The position numbers and the translations under genes were made by a program. 64,000 nucleotides of DNA from Bradymonadia bacterium (GTDB lineage Bacteria > Myxococcota_A > Bradymonadia > UBA7976 > UBA1532), in assembly GCA_046290225.1 (NCBI GenBank), contig JBKAGE010000075.1, positions 128,001 through 192,000 of the forward strand, read 5' to 3'. Shown piece by piece: positions 1 to 10,000 of this stretch (the stretch's first letter is position 1; the number at the start of each line of letters is the position of its first letter). The notes beneath the pieces were generated by a model that was not told the DNA's origin, did not search any database, and saw nothing but the letters and a program-made list of their open reading frames with translations.

Positions 1-2952
1 GCAGATCCAGGTGTCGCCGAGGAACACGTCGCCGCTGCCGAGGCTCGTGGCCCGGGCAGAGTCGTCGTTGTCGGTCTCACCCTCGCGATAGTCCGGCGCG
101 CAGAAGTAGGCCTCAGCGCAGATGCGCTCGCCATCGGCACAGGCGTTCCCACCACCAGGGCAGATGCGCTCCTCGAGGGGGCAGGGCAGTACCGGCACAG
201 CGGTGATGGTCAGGTTGTAGGTGTTCTGGATCACCTGACCGCCATTGTTGAACACGCGCAGGTAGTAGGTGCCCGCCTGGCCCAGGTTCAGGGCTCGATC
301 GATCAGCTCGCCGTTGCGGGCGGTGATGCTCTCGGAGGTACGACCGATCTGATCCTCGTAGTAGAGCTCGAGATCGATGTTGCCGAACTCGTTGATGAAC
401 TGCACCGAAGCAGAGATACGGGCGTTGTCTTCGGGCACTAGAATCTCGTACCAGTCCTCGTCGGGCACACCATTCTGACCACACAGCTGCATGTTCTCGA
501 AGACCGCGCGGTTGTTGTTGGCCAGCGTGGTGGCGCTGCCGCGGGTGTCGTTGCGGCCCTGGCCGTTGACGTCGTTCTCCGGGTCGAGATCGCAGTTCCC
601 GCCGTCGCTTGGCTGGCGGCGTACCACCAACTCGTAGTTCGCCGAGGCCTGGTCCACCACACCGCTCACGAGGATGGCCACGTCGCCAGCGGCGCCGGCA
701 GGCACCTGGTAGAAGGCGTTGATCTGGCCGATGCGACCGCGGCCGATGACACCCTGAGGCACACCGTCGCGTACGAACTGCACCTGCATGTCACCGCCAG
801 CGTTGCCCTCGATGACCACCGAGGCGGTGAGTACGTCGAACTCGTTGGCGCGGATGGTGAAATAGTCGCGATCACGGGGGCACAGGCGCAGCCCCACGGG
901 GATCGAGTGGTTCACGCCGATCAGGAACCGGCCCTGAGCATCCAAAGCGTCGGGGAGGACCTGGTCCTCCAGGGGGGGCGCGAGGCCGATGGCGTCGTTG
1001 TTTTCGAGGGCGTCGGCGGCACAGGGGTCAGCGCGGTTGAAATTGATGGAGAGGCGGTAGTTGGCGATGGTCTCGTCATCAGCGCCCACCACCCGGGCGA
1101 ACCAGCGCGGTGAGTCGTCGAAGGCGCCAGTGCCCTCGGCGAGGTTCAGGGTCCAGACCGTGCTGCCGTCAGGCTGCACTGCGCCGTCTTCGAGCACAGT
1201 GGTGTAGTTGGGCTGGGCCACGTTGTTCACCCGGTTGGGGCTGAACAGCTGCACCAGCACAGGCGTGCTCCCGGGCAGCGCCGTCAGCTCGATCTCCGTG
1301 CCGTCGTCGGGGCTGATGGGGAACGTGAACCAGTCGGTGTCATCGCCACAGATGCTCTGCTCGAAGACCTCGACACCACCGCCAGGACGCAGACCGATGA
1401 GGCGGGCGTCGTCGGAGAAGTCGTCATTGGGCTCGGCGAGATCGAACTCGTCGAGGAAGCAGGCTGGCTCGCCGTCACCGCCAGCAACCTCGATGGTGAG
1501 ATCGTACTGGTTGGTCACGTCGTCGGCGGCGCCGTACACCCGGACCGAGTAGTTGCCCGCGGGGGCACCCTGGTCGAGGGCTGCAGGCCAGAGGATCACC
1601 TCGGGGGCCACCAGGTTGGTTTGGCTCTCGATGAGCATGCCATCAGGGCCGAAGAGGGCGAGCTGCAGATCGCCGGGCACGTTCGGATCGGGGGCCTGCT
1701 CGAAGTCCAGGGTGATGCGGATGCGGCCACCCTCGGGCACGTCGATGGCGTAGTAGTCGTCATCTGCGGGGCAAAGGGTGCGCTGGCCTGTGGAGACCTG
1801 GCCCACCACGAGGTTGAGAGGAGTGGCATCTTCCAGGCCGTTGTTGGGCTCGTGATCGAGATCGTCACGGCAGCCCTCCTCACACTGACCCAGGGTGATG
1901 TTGCAGAACTCGTCGGCGCTGATGCAGTCGTCGTGGGCGGCGCACCGGGCGCGGCAAATCTCTGCCACCTCGTCGCAGTAGAAGCCCTCTTGATCAGGGC
2001 AGGGGAAGTCGGCGTTGCAGAAGGCGCGGCACACGTGGTTGGCGTCGCAAGTGAGGCCGTTGGCGCAGTCGTCACCGCCGATGCGGCAGCCTTCGGCGCA
2101 GGTCCCGGTGCCCTCACCGACGTTGATGTCGCAGTAGAAGCCTTCTTCACAGTCAGTATCGGCCTGGCAGGTGATCTCCTCGCACAGGCGGGTGTCGGGG
2201 TTGCAGGCCTCGCCCTCGGGGCAGGCGGTGCCGTCGGGATCCTGGGCGCCCTCGCGGCAGCCGCGCTCGCAGCGGCCGTCGGCGTTGCAGTACTCGTCGG
2301 GGCCGCAGACCTCGTCTACGTTGTTGTCGTCACACAAGGCGCCACAGGGATCGTTGGCGCACGACGTGGTGTTGGGCAACACCGAGCCCTGGCACTGGTT
2401 GGCCACGCCGAGGGCGCACGTGTTGTCCTCGCTGCAGCAGGCCACGAGCGGGGCACACTGCCGGGTCATCTCGTCGCAGCGGAAGGTGATGCCGCCCTGA
2501 GGCTCGCAGTTGTCGGGCATGGTGCGGCAGCCAGGCGTACAGCCGTCGGGGCTGCAGTACTCGCCGTCGGCGCAGTCCACGTCTCGGGTGCAGCGCTCTT
2601 CTTCACAGGTGCGGCTCGAAGGGTCGCAGAACTCCCCTTCACCACAGGCGTCGAGGCGACAGCCATCTGCACAGGTGCCCACCACGGCATCGCCGATGTC
2701 GCAGAACTGATCGTCTGCACATTCGCCGTCTTCGAAGCAGGCCACGTCTTCGCCGCCACCTCCTCCGCCCTCGCCGGCGTCGCCGCCGATGCCGCCCATA
2801 TCACCACTCTCGCCACCGACCGTCGCGTCGGCCAGCCGGGTGGTGGTTTTGTCGTCACAGCCAAAGCCCCAGAGGCTCAGAGCCACGATCAGGGCCGGTG
2901 TCCACCAGCGCTTACCTGCGAGGGTCGCTTTGTGAATTGAGTGCTCACTCAT
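1..2952 (-). CDS. Cys-rich repeat lipoprotein with PPC-like domains (runs off the window start; C-terminus missing)
   Basis: Absent from the ORF track, which lists no long ORF in this frame, consistent with no stop inside the window. I translated both ends: ATG at 2952 gives MSEHSIHKATLAGKRWWTPALIVALSLWGFG-CDD (lipobox), a Gly-rich linker and CxxDxxC repeats. The same frame at base 1 reads ETDNDDSARATSLGSGDVFLGDTWIC. Starts 2 nt after the stop of the upstream gene. Confidence 0.85.
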   Translation of the reverse strand, partial: MSEHSIHKATLAGKRWWTPALIVALSLWGFGCDDKTTTRLADATVGGESGDMGGIGGDAGEGGGGGGEDVACFEDGECADDQFCDIGDAVVGTCADGCRLDACGEGEFCDPSSRTCEEERCTRDVDCADGEYCSPDGCTPGCRTMPDNCEPQGGITFRCDEMTRQCAPLVACCSEDNTCALGVANQCQGSVLPNTTSCANDPCGALCDDNNVDEVCGPDEYCNADGRCERGCREGAQDPDGTACPEGEACNPDTRLCEEITCQADTDCEEGFYCDINVGEGTGTCAEGCRIGGDDCANGLTCDANHVCRAFCNADFPCPDQEGFYCDEVAEICRARCAAHDDCISADEFCNITLGQCEEGCRDDLDHEPNNGLEDATPLNLVVGQVSTGQRTLCPADDDYYAIDVPEGGRIRITLDFEQAPDPNVPGDLQLALFGPDGMLIESQTNLVAPEVILWPAALDQGAPAGNYSVRVYGAADDVTNQYDLTIEVAGGDGEPACFLDEFDLAEPNDDFSDDARLIGLRPGGGVEVFEQSICGDDTDWFTFPISPDDGTEIELTALPGSTPVLVQLFSPNRVNNVAQPNYTTVLEDGAVQPDGSTVWTLNLAEGTGAFDDSPRWFARVVGADDETIANYRLSINFNRADPCAADALENNDAIGLAPPLEDQVLPDALDAQGRFLIGVNHSIPVGLRLCPRDRDYFTIRANEFDVLTASVVIEGNAGGDMQVQFVRDGVPQGVIGRGRIGQINAFYQVPAGAAGDVAILVSGVVDQASANYELVVRRQPSDGGNCDLDPENDVNGQGRNDTRGSATTLANNNRAVFENMQLCGQNGVPDEDWYEILVPEDNARISASVQFINEFGNIDLELYYEDQIGRTSESITARNGELIDRALNLGQAGTYYLRVFNNGGQVIQNTYNLTITAVPVLPCPLEERICPGGGNACADGERICAEAYFCAPDYREGETDNDDSARATSLGSGDVFLGDTWIC

Positions 2953-2954
2953 GC

Positions 2955-5900
2955 TCAACGGACCGCCTCCTGTCGAGGGACGATGAATGCAGACAGTTGC
3001 CTGACTCCAGCGGCGGGGCCGGGGAGTACGGGGACATCTGAGCCTGCGCTCAAGTGGATGATCTGGTTGCCTTCAGCGAGGGCGAGGCCGCGCTCGGCGC
3101 GGACGACCTCTTCGATGCTCAAAATGGCCGATGTGACCAGGTCGTAGGCCAGGACCGGCTCGCCACCATCGTCGGGGATCCGGTACACCCCGGCGTCTGT
3201 CGCTGCGAGCACACCGCCCTCATCGGCGAGGGCGAGGGCCTCGACCGCGAAGTCCAGGCCGACGCTCTCCGCAGCGGGGAGCGGATCGGCGATGGTCACG
3301 GACTGCACTCGGCGGGCCTTGGCGTCGACGATGTAGGCCGTGCCTGTACGGAGATCGGCGAGCAGCTGCTGGGGCTGGCCGCCGAGGATCAGCGTATCGG
3401 TGACGATGTTGGGCAGCCCGGCGTTGGCGCGGGCGGCGTTCACCAGGGTCAGGCTGCTGGCGTTGGGGCTCACGATGGCCAGATGGGCGCTGCCGAGGCC
3501 GCCGGTGCCCGTGGGCAGCCAGGCCATGTCCACCGGGCCTTCGATGCCAGTGCTCACCGTGCGTAGCACCTTGAGCGTGTCGGGATCGATGATGGTCACT
3601 GTACCGTTTCGGGCATCGAGGGCCCACACTCGGCCAGCGCCGTACACCACGTCGATGGTGTCGTAGCCTGTGGGCACCACCCGAGCGAGGACCGGGGTGT
3701 CGCCGGTGAGATCGACCACTGCGACCCCGCCGGTGCCTGGAGAGGCCACGAACAGGCGGCTGCCGTCCTCCGCCGCCGCCATGCCCGCGGTGCCCTGACC
3801 CACGGTGACGTCGGCCCAGGGGGTGAAGGTCTCGCGCTGAAGCTGCGGATCGAAGCCGTACTGGAACAGGAGCACCCGGCCTCGGGCCGCCGTACCCGCC
3901 GTGGCGGCGAGGATGGGCGTGCCCTGGTCGGCCACCTGGATCTGCGTCGTGTAATCGGCGTCGTTCCCCGAAGGCGGCCGCGCGCTCAAGCGAATGCGGG
4001 CGTCGCCAGCGTCGGTGAAGCTCGGCGTCCAGCGGACCGTGACCCGGGTGGGCGTGTCGTCGGGCGGATCCTGCTCTGGGGGCGGGCCGTTGATCTCGGC
4101 GACGGCGCCTTCGGGCAGGCTGCTCATGATCACCTGAAGCGGCGCATCGTATACCCCCTCGTCCCGAAGGGCGGGGGTGATCACGTACTCGACCACCACC
4201 TCTTCACCCTCAGAGGCCTCGACCTCGAGGGGGCCGGCGATGATGGGGGGCGCGCTGCCGACCCGGATCTCGAGCTCGGCGACGGCGCGGCCGCCGTCTC
4301 CATCGTCCACGGTGGCCCGTACCTGGTACACCCCGCGGCTCTGATAGCGGTACTCGTGGGTGGCGAGGTTGCCCACCTCGTCGCCGTTGCCCATCTCCCA
4401 CGTCAGCCGGGGCACATCACCTGGTGCGTCGTCGATGTGGGCGGTGAAGGTGATGGGCGTGTCGAGGGCTGCGTTGAGGGTAGAGGCCTCGATCTCGAGC
4501 ACCGGATCGCGGTTCTCGATGATGATGGCCACGTCGGTGCTCGTGCCCGTGTCTTCTTCGTCGTACACCGTGAGACGGGCCGTGTAGACGCCGTCATCGG
4601 CGTAGGTGTAGATCACGTCGGGGGTGTCGTCCTCGACGAAGAGGGGCGGATCACCGGGGCCCTCGTGATCCCCGAAGGTCCACTCGTAGCGATCGATGGG
4701 ATCAGCAAGACCACCGCCCTGCACGATGCAGCCCGTGATCACGAGGGGCTCGCCCTCTACACCATCGAAGCGCGGCGGGCAGCTCACGCTGGGCTCGGCA
4801 TCGAGGATCTCGATCTCTCGCTGCAGCTGAGTCGAGGAGTCTTCGTCGGTGATGGTGAGGGTGATGGTGTATCGCCCCTGCTCGTTGAAGTTGTGGGTGA
4901 CCAGATCTTCTTCGAGGCCGTTCACCTCCGGGCTGCCATCCCCGAAGTTCCATCGGAAGTCCGTGATGGGATCCGCGGCACCGCCTGCCCGGCTCGCCCG
5001 GGCGTCGAGGACCACGTCTTCACCTTCTTGCGCCACCAGAGGGGCGATGAGCAGAGGCTCGGGCTGGAGATCAGCCACTTCGATGTCGAACTGCACCTCG
5101 GTCTGCGAGTCGATGTCGGAGACGGTGAGGGTCACCGTGTACGTGCCGTCGTCAGGGTAGATCGCCTGCACCTGAGTGAGGGCGGCGCCGCTCTGATCTT
5201 CCAGATCGTCGGCGCCGAAGTTCCAGCTGAAGCCGGTGATGGGCTCCGCGGCGCTGCCCGGCGCGGGGAGGCCTGCGGAGAACTCCGCCACGTCGCCCTC
5301 GCTCACGGGGTTCACCAACGGGCCGGCCCCCTGCACTGTGGGGCGGGCGTCGACAACGGTCACCGTGGTGGTGGCCTGACAGCTCGAGTCGATGTCGTTG
5401 AGGGTGAGGGTGACCTGATACTCGCCCTCGGCGTCGTACGCATGTCGGGGCCGGGGCTGGTTGGCGATGTTCAGGTTCTGGCCGTCGCCGAAATCCCAGC
5501 TCCAGAGGCTGAGCGGGTCGAGGGCGTGGCTCGCCGAAGAGCCCGAGCCGTCGAACTGCACCGCCTCGCCTTCGGCCACTTCATAGGGCCCCGCGAGCAC
5601 GCACGTGGGGTTGACATCCTCGATGGTCACCGTGGTCTGCGCGAAGGCAATGCGATCAGGCGCTGCCCGTACGCGGGCGCTGATGAGGTATTCGCCGTTC
5701 TGCTGGTTGCCGTCGAAGGGCACCACGGGGCTGTCACCGTCGTCGAACTGGCCATCGCCGTCGAGATCCCAGGCCCATTCCACGGGGATCTCCTCGGGGA
5801 AGGGCGTGCCGGTGCCGTCGATGTCGAGGGCGTCGCCCTGGGAGATGGTGTAGGGGCCGCCGAGATCCAGCTCCGGGAACTCGGCGATGGTGAAGCTCAC

Positions 5901-6860
5901 CTGGTCCTGGCCGATGACCTCGCCACAGGCGCTCACGGAGACGTTGGCCACATAGGCACCAGGGGCGTCGATCTCCTGGCCGGGGATCAGCACACCTTCA
6001 GGATCGTCACCTCGGGTGAGGGTGCCAGTGATGGCCTCGAGACAGCCCGCCTCGGACTGCACGTCGTAGGTGAGGGCACCGCCGAAGAGCACTGCGCCTT
6101 CCTCGATGCCTTCGATGGAGATTTGCGGGGGCACGGCGTTGGTGCGCACCCGGAGCTCGATGTCCTGGGTGTTGCCGCAATTGTCGGTCACCGTCACCGT
6201 GCGCAGGTTCACACAGCCGATGACCTCGTTGGACTGCTGCACGATGGGGTTGGGATCCTGCTCGTCGATGACCTGGATGGGCAGGTTGGCCAGATCAGGC
6301 GCGTTCTCCTGATAGCACTGGTCGAGCAGGTCGAAGTCCTGGTCGGCGAGGTAGACGAAGGGCGGTGCGCGGTCGATGCGCACCGTGGTCTGTGCTTCGT
6401 CCTGATCACCATCGTCATTGGTGGCCCTGACCAGAATGAGCCGATCGTCTCCATCGGAGATCAGGTCCGCAGGCACCGCGAGATCGTCGATGAGGGCCTG
6501 GTAGGGCTCACCGGGCACGCGATCGAACTGAAAGGGCGTGATGGTGGTCTCGAAGACTTCGACCGGATCGATGGCGTCGTTGATGTCTTCATCGACGAAG
6601 ATCTCGATGAGGACGTTCTGCCCCTCGTTCTCCTCGAGGGTGAGGCTGAGCACGATCCCGTTCGGCGAGACGGCCCCCTCGAAGACCTCACCCACTCTCA
6701 GAGGGGGCGTACCGAGGATCTCGTCATCATTGCCGACACAACTGCCTTCTACGGGCGCCTGCATCGTCAAAATCGGCTCGGCCTGGACGACACCGGGGAT
6801 CAAGCCGATGAGCAGCGTGACGCCGGCGAGGGATCCTGAGAGCTTCGAAAGGCTCGGCAT
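2955..6860 (-). CDS. Large secreted PKD/Ig-repeat protein with C-terminal YVTN-like beta-propeller
   Basis: Signal peptide ending VQA. Repeated W(D/N/T)FGD..H.Y..G.Y.V.LTV.D PKD motifs. C-terminal blades such as GSRLFVASPGTGGVAVVD and GRVWALDARNGTVTIIDP. Confidence 0.85.
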   Translation of the reverse strand: MPSLSKLSGSLAGVTLLIGLIPGVVQAEPILTMQAPVEGSCVGNDDEILGTPPLRVGEVFEGAVSPNGIVLSLTLEENEGQNVLIEIFVDEDINDAIDPVEVFETTITPFQFDRVPGEPYQALIDDLAVPADLISDGDDRLILVRATNDDGDQDEAQTTVRIDRAPPFVYLADQDFDLLDQCYQENAPDLANLPIQVIDEQDPNPIVQQSNEVIGCVNLRTVTVTDNCGNTQDIELRVRTNAVPPQISIEGIEEGAVLFGGALTYDVQSEAGCLEAITGTLTRGDDPEGVLIPGQEIDAPGAYVANVSVSACGEVIGQDQVSFTIAEFPELDLGGPYTISQGDALDIDGTGTPFPEEIPVEWAWDLDGDGQFDDGDSPVVPFDGNQQNGEYLISARVRAAPDRIAFAQTTVTIEDVNPTCVLAGPYEVAEGEAVQFDGSGSSASHALDPLSLWSWDFGDGQNLNIANQPRPRHAYDAEGEYQVTLTLNDIDSSCQATTTVTVVDARPTVQGAGPLVNPVSEGDVAEFSAGLPAPGSAAEPITGFSWNFGADDLEDQSGAALTQVQAIYPDDGTYTVTLTVSDIDSQTEVQFDIEVADLQPEPLLIAPLVAQEGEDVVLDARASRAGGAADPITDFRWNFGDGSPEVNGLEEDLVTHNFNEQGRYTITLTITDEDSSTQLQREIEILDAEPSVSCPPRFDGVEGEPLVITGCIVQGGGLADPIDRYEWTFGDHEGPGDPPLFVEDDTPDVIYTYADDGVYTARLTVYDEEDTGTSTDVAIIIENRDPVLEIEASTLNAALDTPITFTAHIDDAPGDVPRLTWEMGNGDEVGNLATHEYRYQSRGVYQVRATVDDGDGGRAVAELEIRVGSAPPIIAGPLEVEASEGEEVVVEYVITPALRDEGVYDAPLQVIMSSLPEGAVAEINGPPPEQDPPDDTPTRVTVRWTPSFTDAGDARIRLSARPPSGNDADYTTQIQVADQGTPILAATAGTAARGRVLLFQYGFDPQLQRETFTPWADVTVGQGTAGMAAAEDGSRLFVASPGTGGVAVVDLTGDTPVLARVVPTGYDTIDVVYGAGRVWALDARNGTVTIIDPDTLKVLRTVSTGIEGPVDMAWLPTGTGGLGSAHLAIVSPNASSLTLVNAARANAGLPNIVTDTLILGGQPQQLLADLRTGTAYIVDAKARRVQSVTIADPLPAAESVGLDFAVEALALADEGGVLAATDAGVYRIPDDGGEPVLAYDLVTSAILSIEEVVRAERGLALAEGNQIIHLSAGSDVPVLPGPAAGVRQLSAFIVPRQEAVR

Positions 6861-7027
6861 GTTTCAGTCCATCCAAATGGTGGCGGAGAGGGTGGGGCAC
6901 AGCCTCACCCTCCCTTTAGGAATCAGTGTATGCAGTGCACCGGATCAGAGGCAAAACGCTGTGTTTGCTCATACGCCTCCTCCCCTCATCGCCTTTTGTT
7001 GCCAAAGACTTGAGGGATGGCGTGTCA

Positions 7028-10000
7028 TCACCGGGCTTCCCCACAAATCGGGGGCAAGTCGACAGGGTCGGCCCCGCCGACCCGTGCGAAGCATCGGTTG
7101 TACCCTCTCAACGCGAGACATCGGCCTGCCTGGTCTCGGCTGTGATCGAGGGCTGAGTAGAGATCGAAGTCGAAGTCGAGCAACTGCTCGGTGATGTCGA
7201 AGCGCACTTCGGCATCTGCAGCCCATTGATCTTCGGCACCGCACACCTCACTCAGGCGCTGCGTCCACACGTTCTCTCTGAACCGCAGAGTGTTGGCAAG
7301 ACACGTCTGCCACGGGCCGTCGTAGAGCCCGCTGAGACGAGCCTCGCTCAAGGCGATGCTGGCGTCCATGAGATCGAGACGAATTTCCAGGGCCAGGGCG
7401 TCGCTCATGCAGGGGCCCTGGCACTCGATCCCCCCGGGCTCGCCGAGGGCGAGCTGGGCTTCTCGGATGCGCAGCAGGGCCTTCGACAGCGCCGCACGCC
7501 CCGGTAGAGCGTTGCCCAGGTCGAGGACTTGCTGGATCTCAAAGGCCAGAGTGGCGAAGGACTCGGTGACCCGATCAGCGACGAGGTTGACCTGGAAGTC
7601 GATGCCCTGGAAGCCCGGTGGCGGGATCAAGTACCGGTTGTTGACGCCCCCGAGGCATGGGCTCTGCTGGCGCGCGAGCAGATCGTAGGCGGCGAAGATC
7701 TGCAGCCACACATCGTTGGCGCGCCAGGCCAGGCGCCCGATGGCGATCGTCTCTCGCAGGGTGGGATCAGCCATTTGAGCACGGGCCTCTACGAGCACGG
7801 GCTCGGCGGCGAGACGCTCGCGCTCGTCGATGAGGTCGAGCTCGGCCACGATGGCATTGAGGGCTTCGGTCTCTTTGAGGGTCTGGGTCAGGAGCAGCCA
7901 CATCCAGTCATCGACGGTGGCGCCCTGACCAGCGGCGAAGCTGAGCGCCTGGACGAGAGCACCGGCGGCGTTCAATGCGCTGCCTGTGACATCGCGCTGG
8001 GCGAACCACAGGGCCCGGTCGAGTGAGGACCGGGCGCCGTCGAGCGTGTTGGCTGCTGCCGGTGGAGAGGCCTCTACACGATCTGCCCAGCTGCGCTCGA
8101 TTTGCTCCAAGGCCTCGAGCAGGCTCGGAGCCCGTACGTCGATCACCAGGGTGCCACGGGTCTCGGAGTCGGTGTCGTGCACTGTGGCGGTGATGGTGTA
8201 CGTGCCCGGCGCATCGAAGGTGTGCTCCACCTCGAAGAGATCAGCACCACGGACCTGTGTGCCATCTCCAAAATCCCAGCTGTAGGCCTGGAGTGGATCG
8301 CTCACCACTCCGGGCTGCGCCGACACGGAGAATCGCTGAGGCGCCGAAGCGAAGGGCTCCGCAGGGCCCGAGAGCTCCACGATCACCGGAGGCGCATCGA
8401 CCACCCGAACCGGGACCTGGATCGAGGCCCGGCTGTCCTGGTCGATCACGGTGAGCTCGGCGGTGAAGACGCCGTCCCGGGTATAGGTGTGTGTGGCGAT
8501 GATCCCGCTGGTGTCAGGGGTACCGTCACCCCACCGCCAGACATATCCCGTGAGGCCGTCGAGGGGGCTTCCGGGCTGGGAGGGGCGCCCGTCGACGGCC
8601 AACGCCTGGCCCTCTACGATCGAGTATGGCCCCGTGGTCGCAGGCTGTGGCGCTGCGTCGACCACACTGATGGTGAGGGCGACGTTCGTCGATGCGCCGA
8701 AGCCATCGATCACCTGAATCTGTGGGCGGAACACCCCCACTTGATCGGTGGGGAAGTTGATCTGCCCTGCGAGCGTCCCGAGCAGGGCAGCATCTGCCTC
8801 CACAGGCACACCGGCCGCCTGGATCAGCTCATAGTCACCATCGCCGTCAAGATCCCAGCGGTACTCTGCCACGACATCGCCCACCTCGGGCGGCGTGGAG
8901 CCGCTCATGTCGAGGAGCAACGGCTCGCCTTCGACGACGGTGTGATGCAGGGTGCCCATCACCTGAGGCGGGCCGTTGATCGAGAACTCACGCTGACTGA
9001 CGAAGGCTTCACCGATGCAGTTTCGAGTGAGGGCGTCGAGGCGGTACACCCCTGGCTGATCGATGAGGCTGCCTTCGGTGTAGACCTGAACCCCGCCACC
9101 CTGGCGGGCCAGCGTCACGGTGGGCTCGTCCAGGCGACAGTCTGCTGGGGTCTCGTGATCCCAGGTGATGCTGGTGGAGCCCGAGAGCACACCTTCGCTC
9201 GGGGCGTCGAGGGTGAGGCGGGGGTTGATGCCCACCTGCCAGGTGCGAACGAACTCGCTGGTGTTGCCACAGGTGTCCGTGGCCACGAGCCGCTGGCTGC
9301 GGGTGCACGCACCTTCTGTCTGAGTGCGGCTCAATGTAGGGAAGGGGTCGAGGGCGTCGTAGACTTCGAGCTCGGCCCCCGGAGTACCCAGGGGATAGCA
9401 GCCACCCTCCACAGGGAGCGCAGAGGCGGCGATTTGCGGTGCCGTACGGTCGAACAACAGAGTGCCGGCGTCGAGTGTGAGGGGCTGGCCGCCGCCATCA
9501 TCGACGACAAAGGCCACATGGTGGAGCCCTTCGTCCACAGCCTCTGGTGCGAAGGTCACATCGCCTTCGAGGAGATCACCGTTCTCAGGCACGTCGACGA
9601 GCTGAGGCTCACCGAGGATCTCGCCATCGACAAGGACGGTGAGGAGCAGAGCGTCGCCGTCGGCGTCGGAGATGGCGTACTCGATGGTGAGGCCTTCGAT
9701 GCCGATGCACTGAGTCTCGTCGGCAGAAGGAGACAACAACACCCCTTGAGGGGGCACGCTGTCCCGGACCTGAATGACCACAGGGGTCGGTGCCGAGTTC
9801 ACGCCCCGGGCGTCCTGCACCCTCAAGAAGACCACCTGCGAGGTCCCCGGCAACCAGTTGGGGTTCACATAGTCTTCGATCACGGGCCCTGTGTAGTCGG
9901 ATCCCAGCTGTCCAGGGGCGCCGTTGGCGTCGTCGGCGCCGAACTGGCCGTCACCGTCGGTGTCCCAGGCCCAGGCGACGATCTCGTCACAGGGGGCGTT

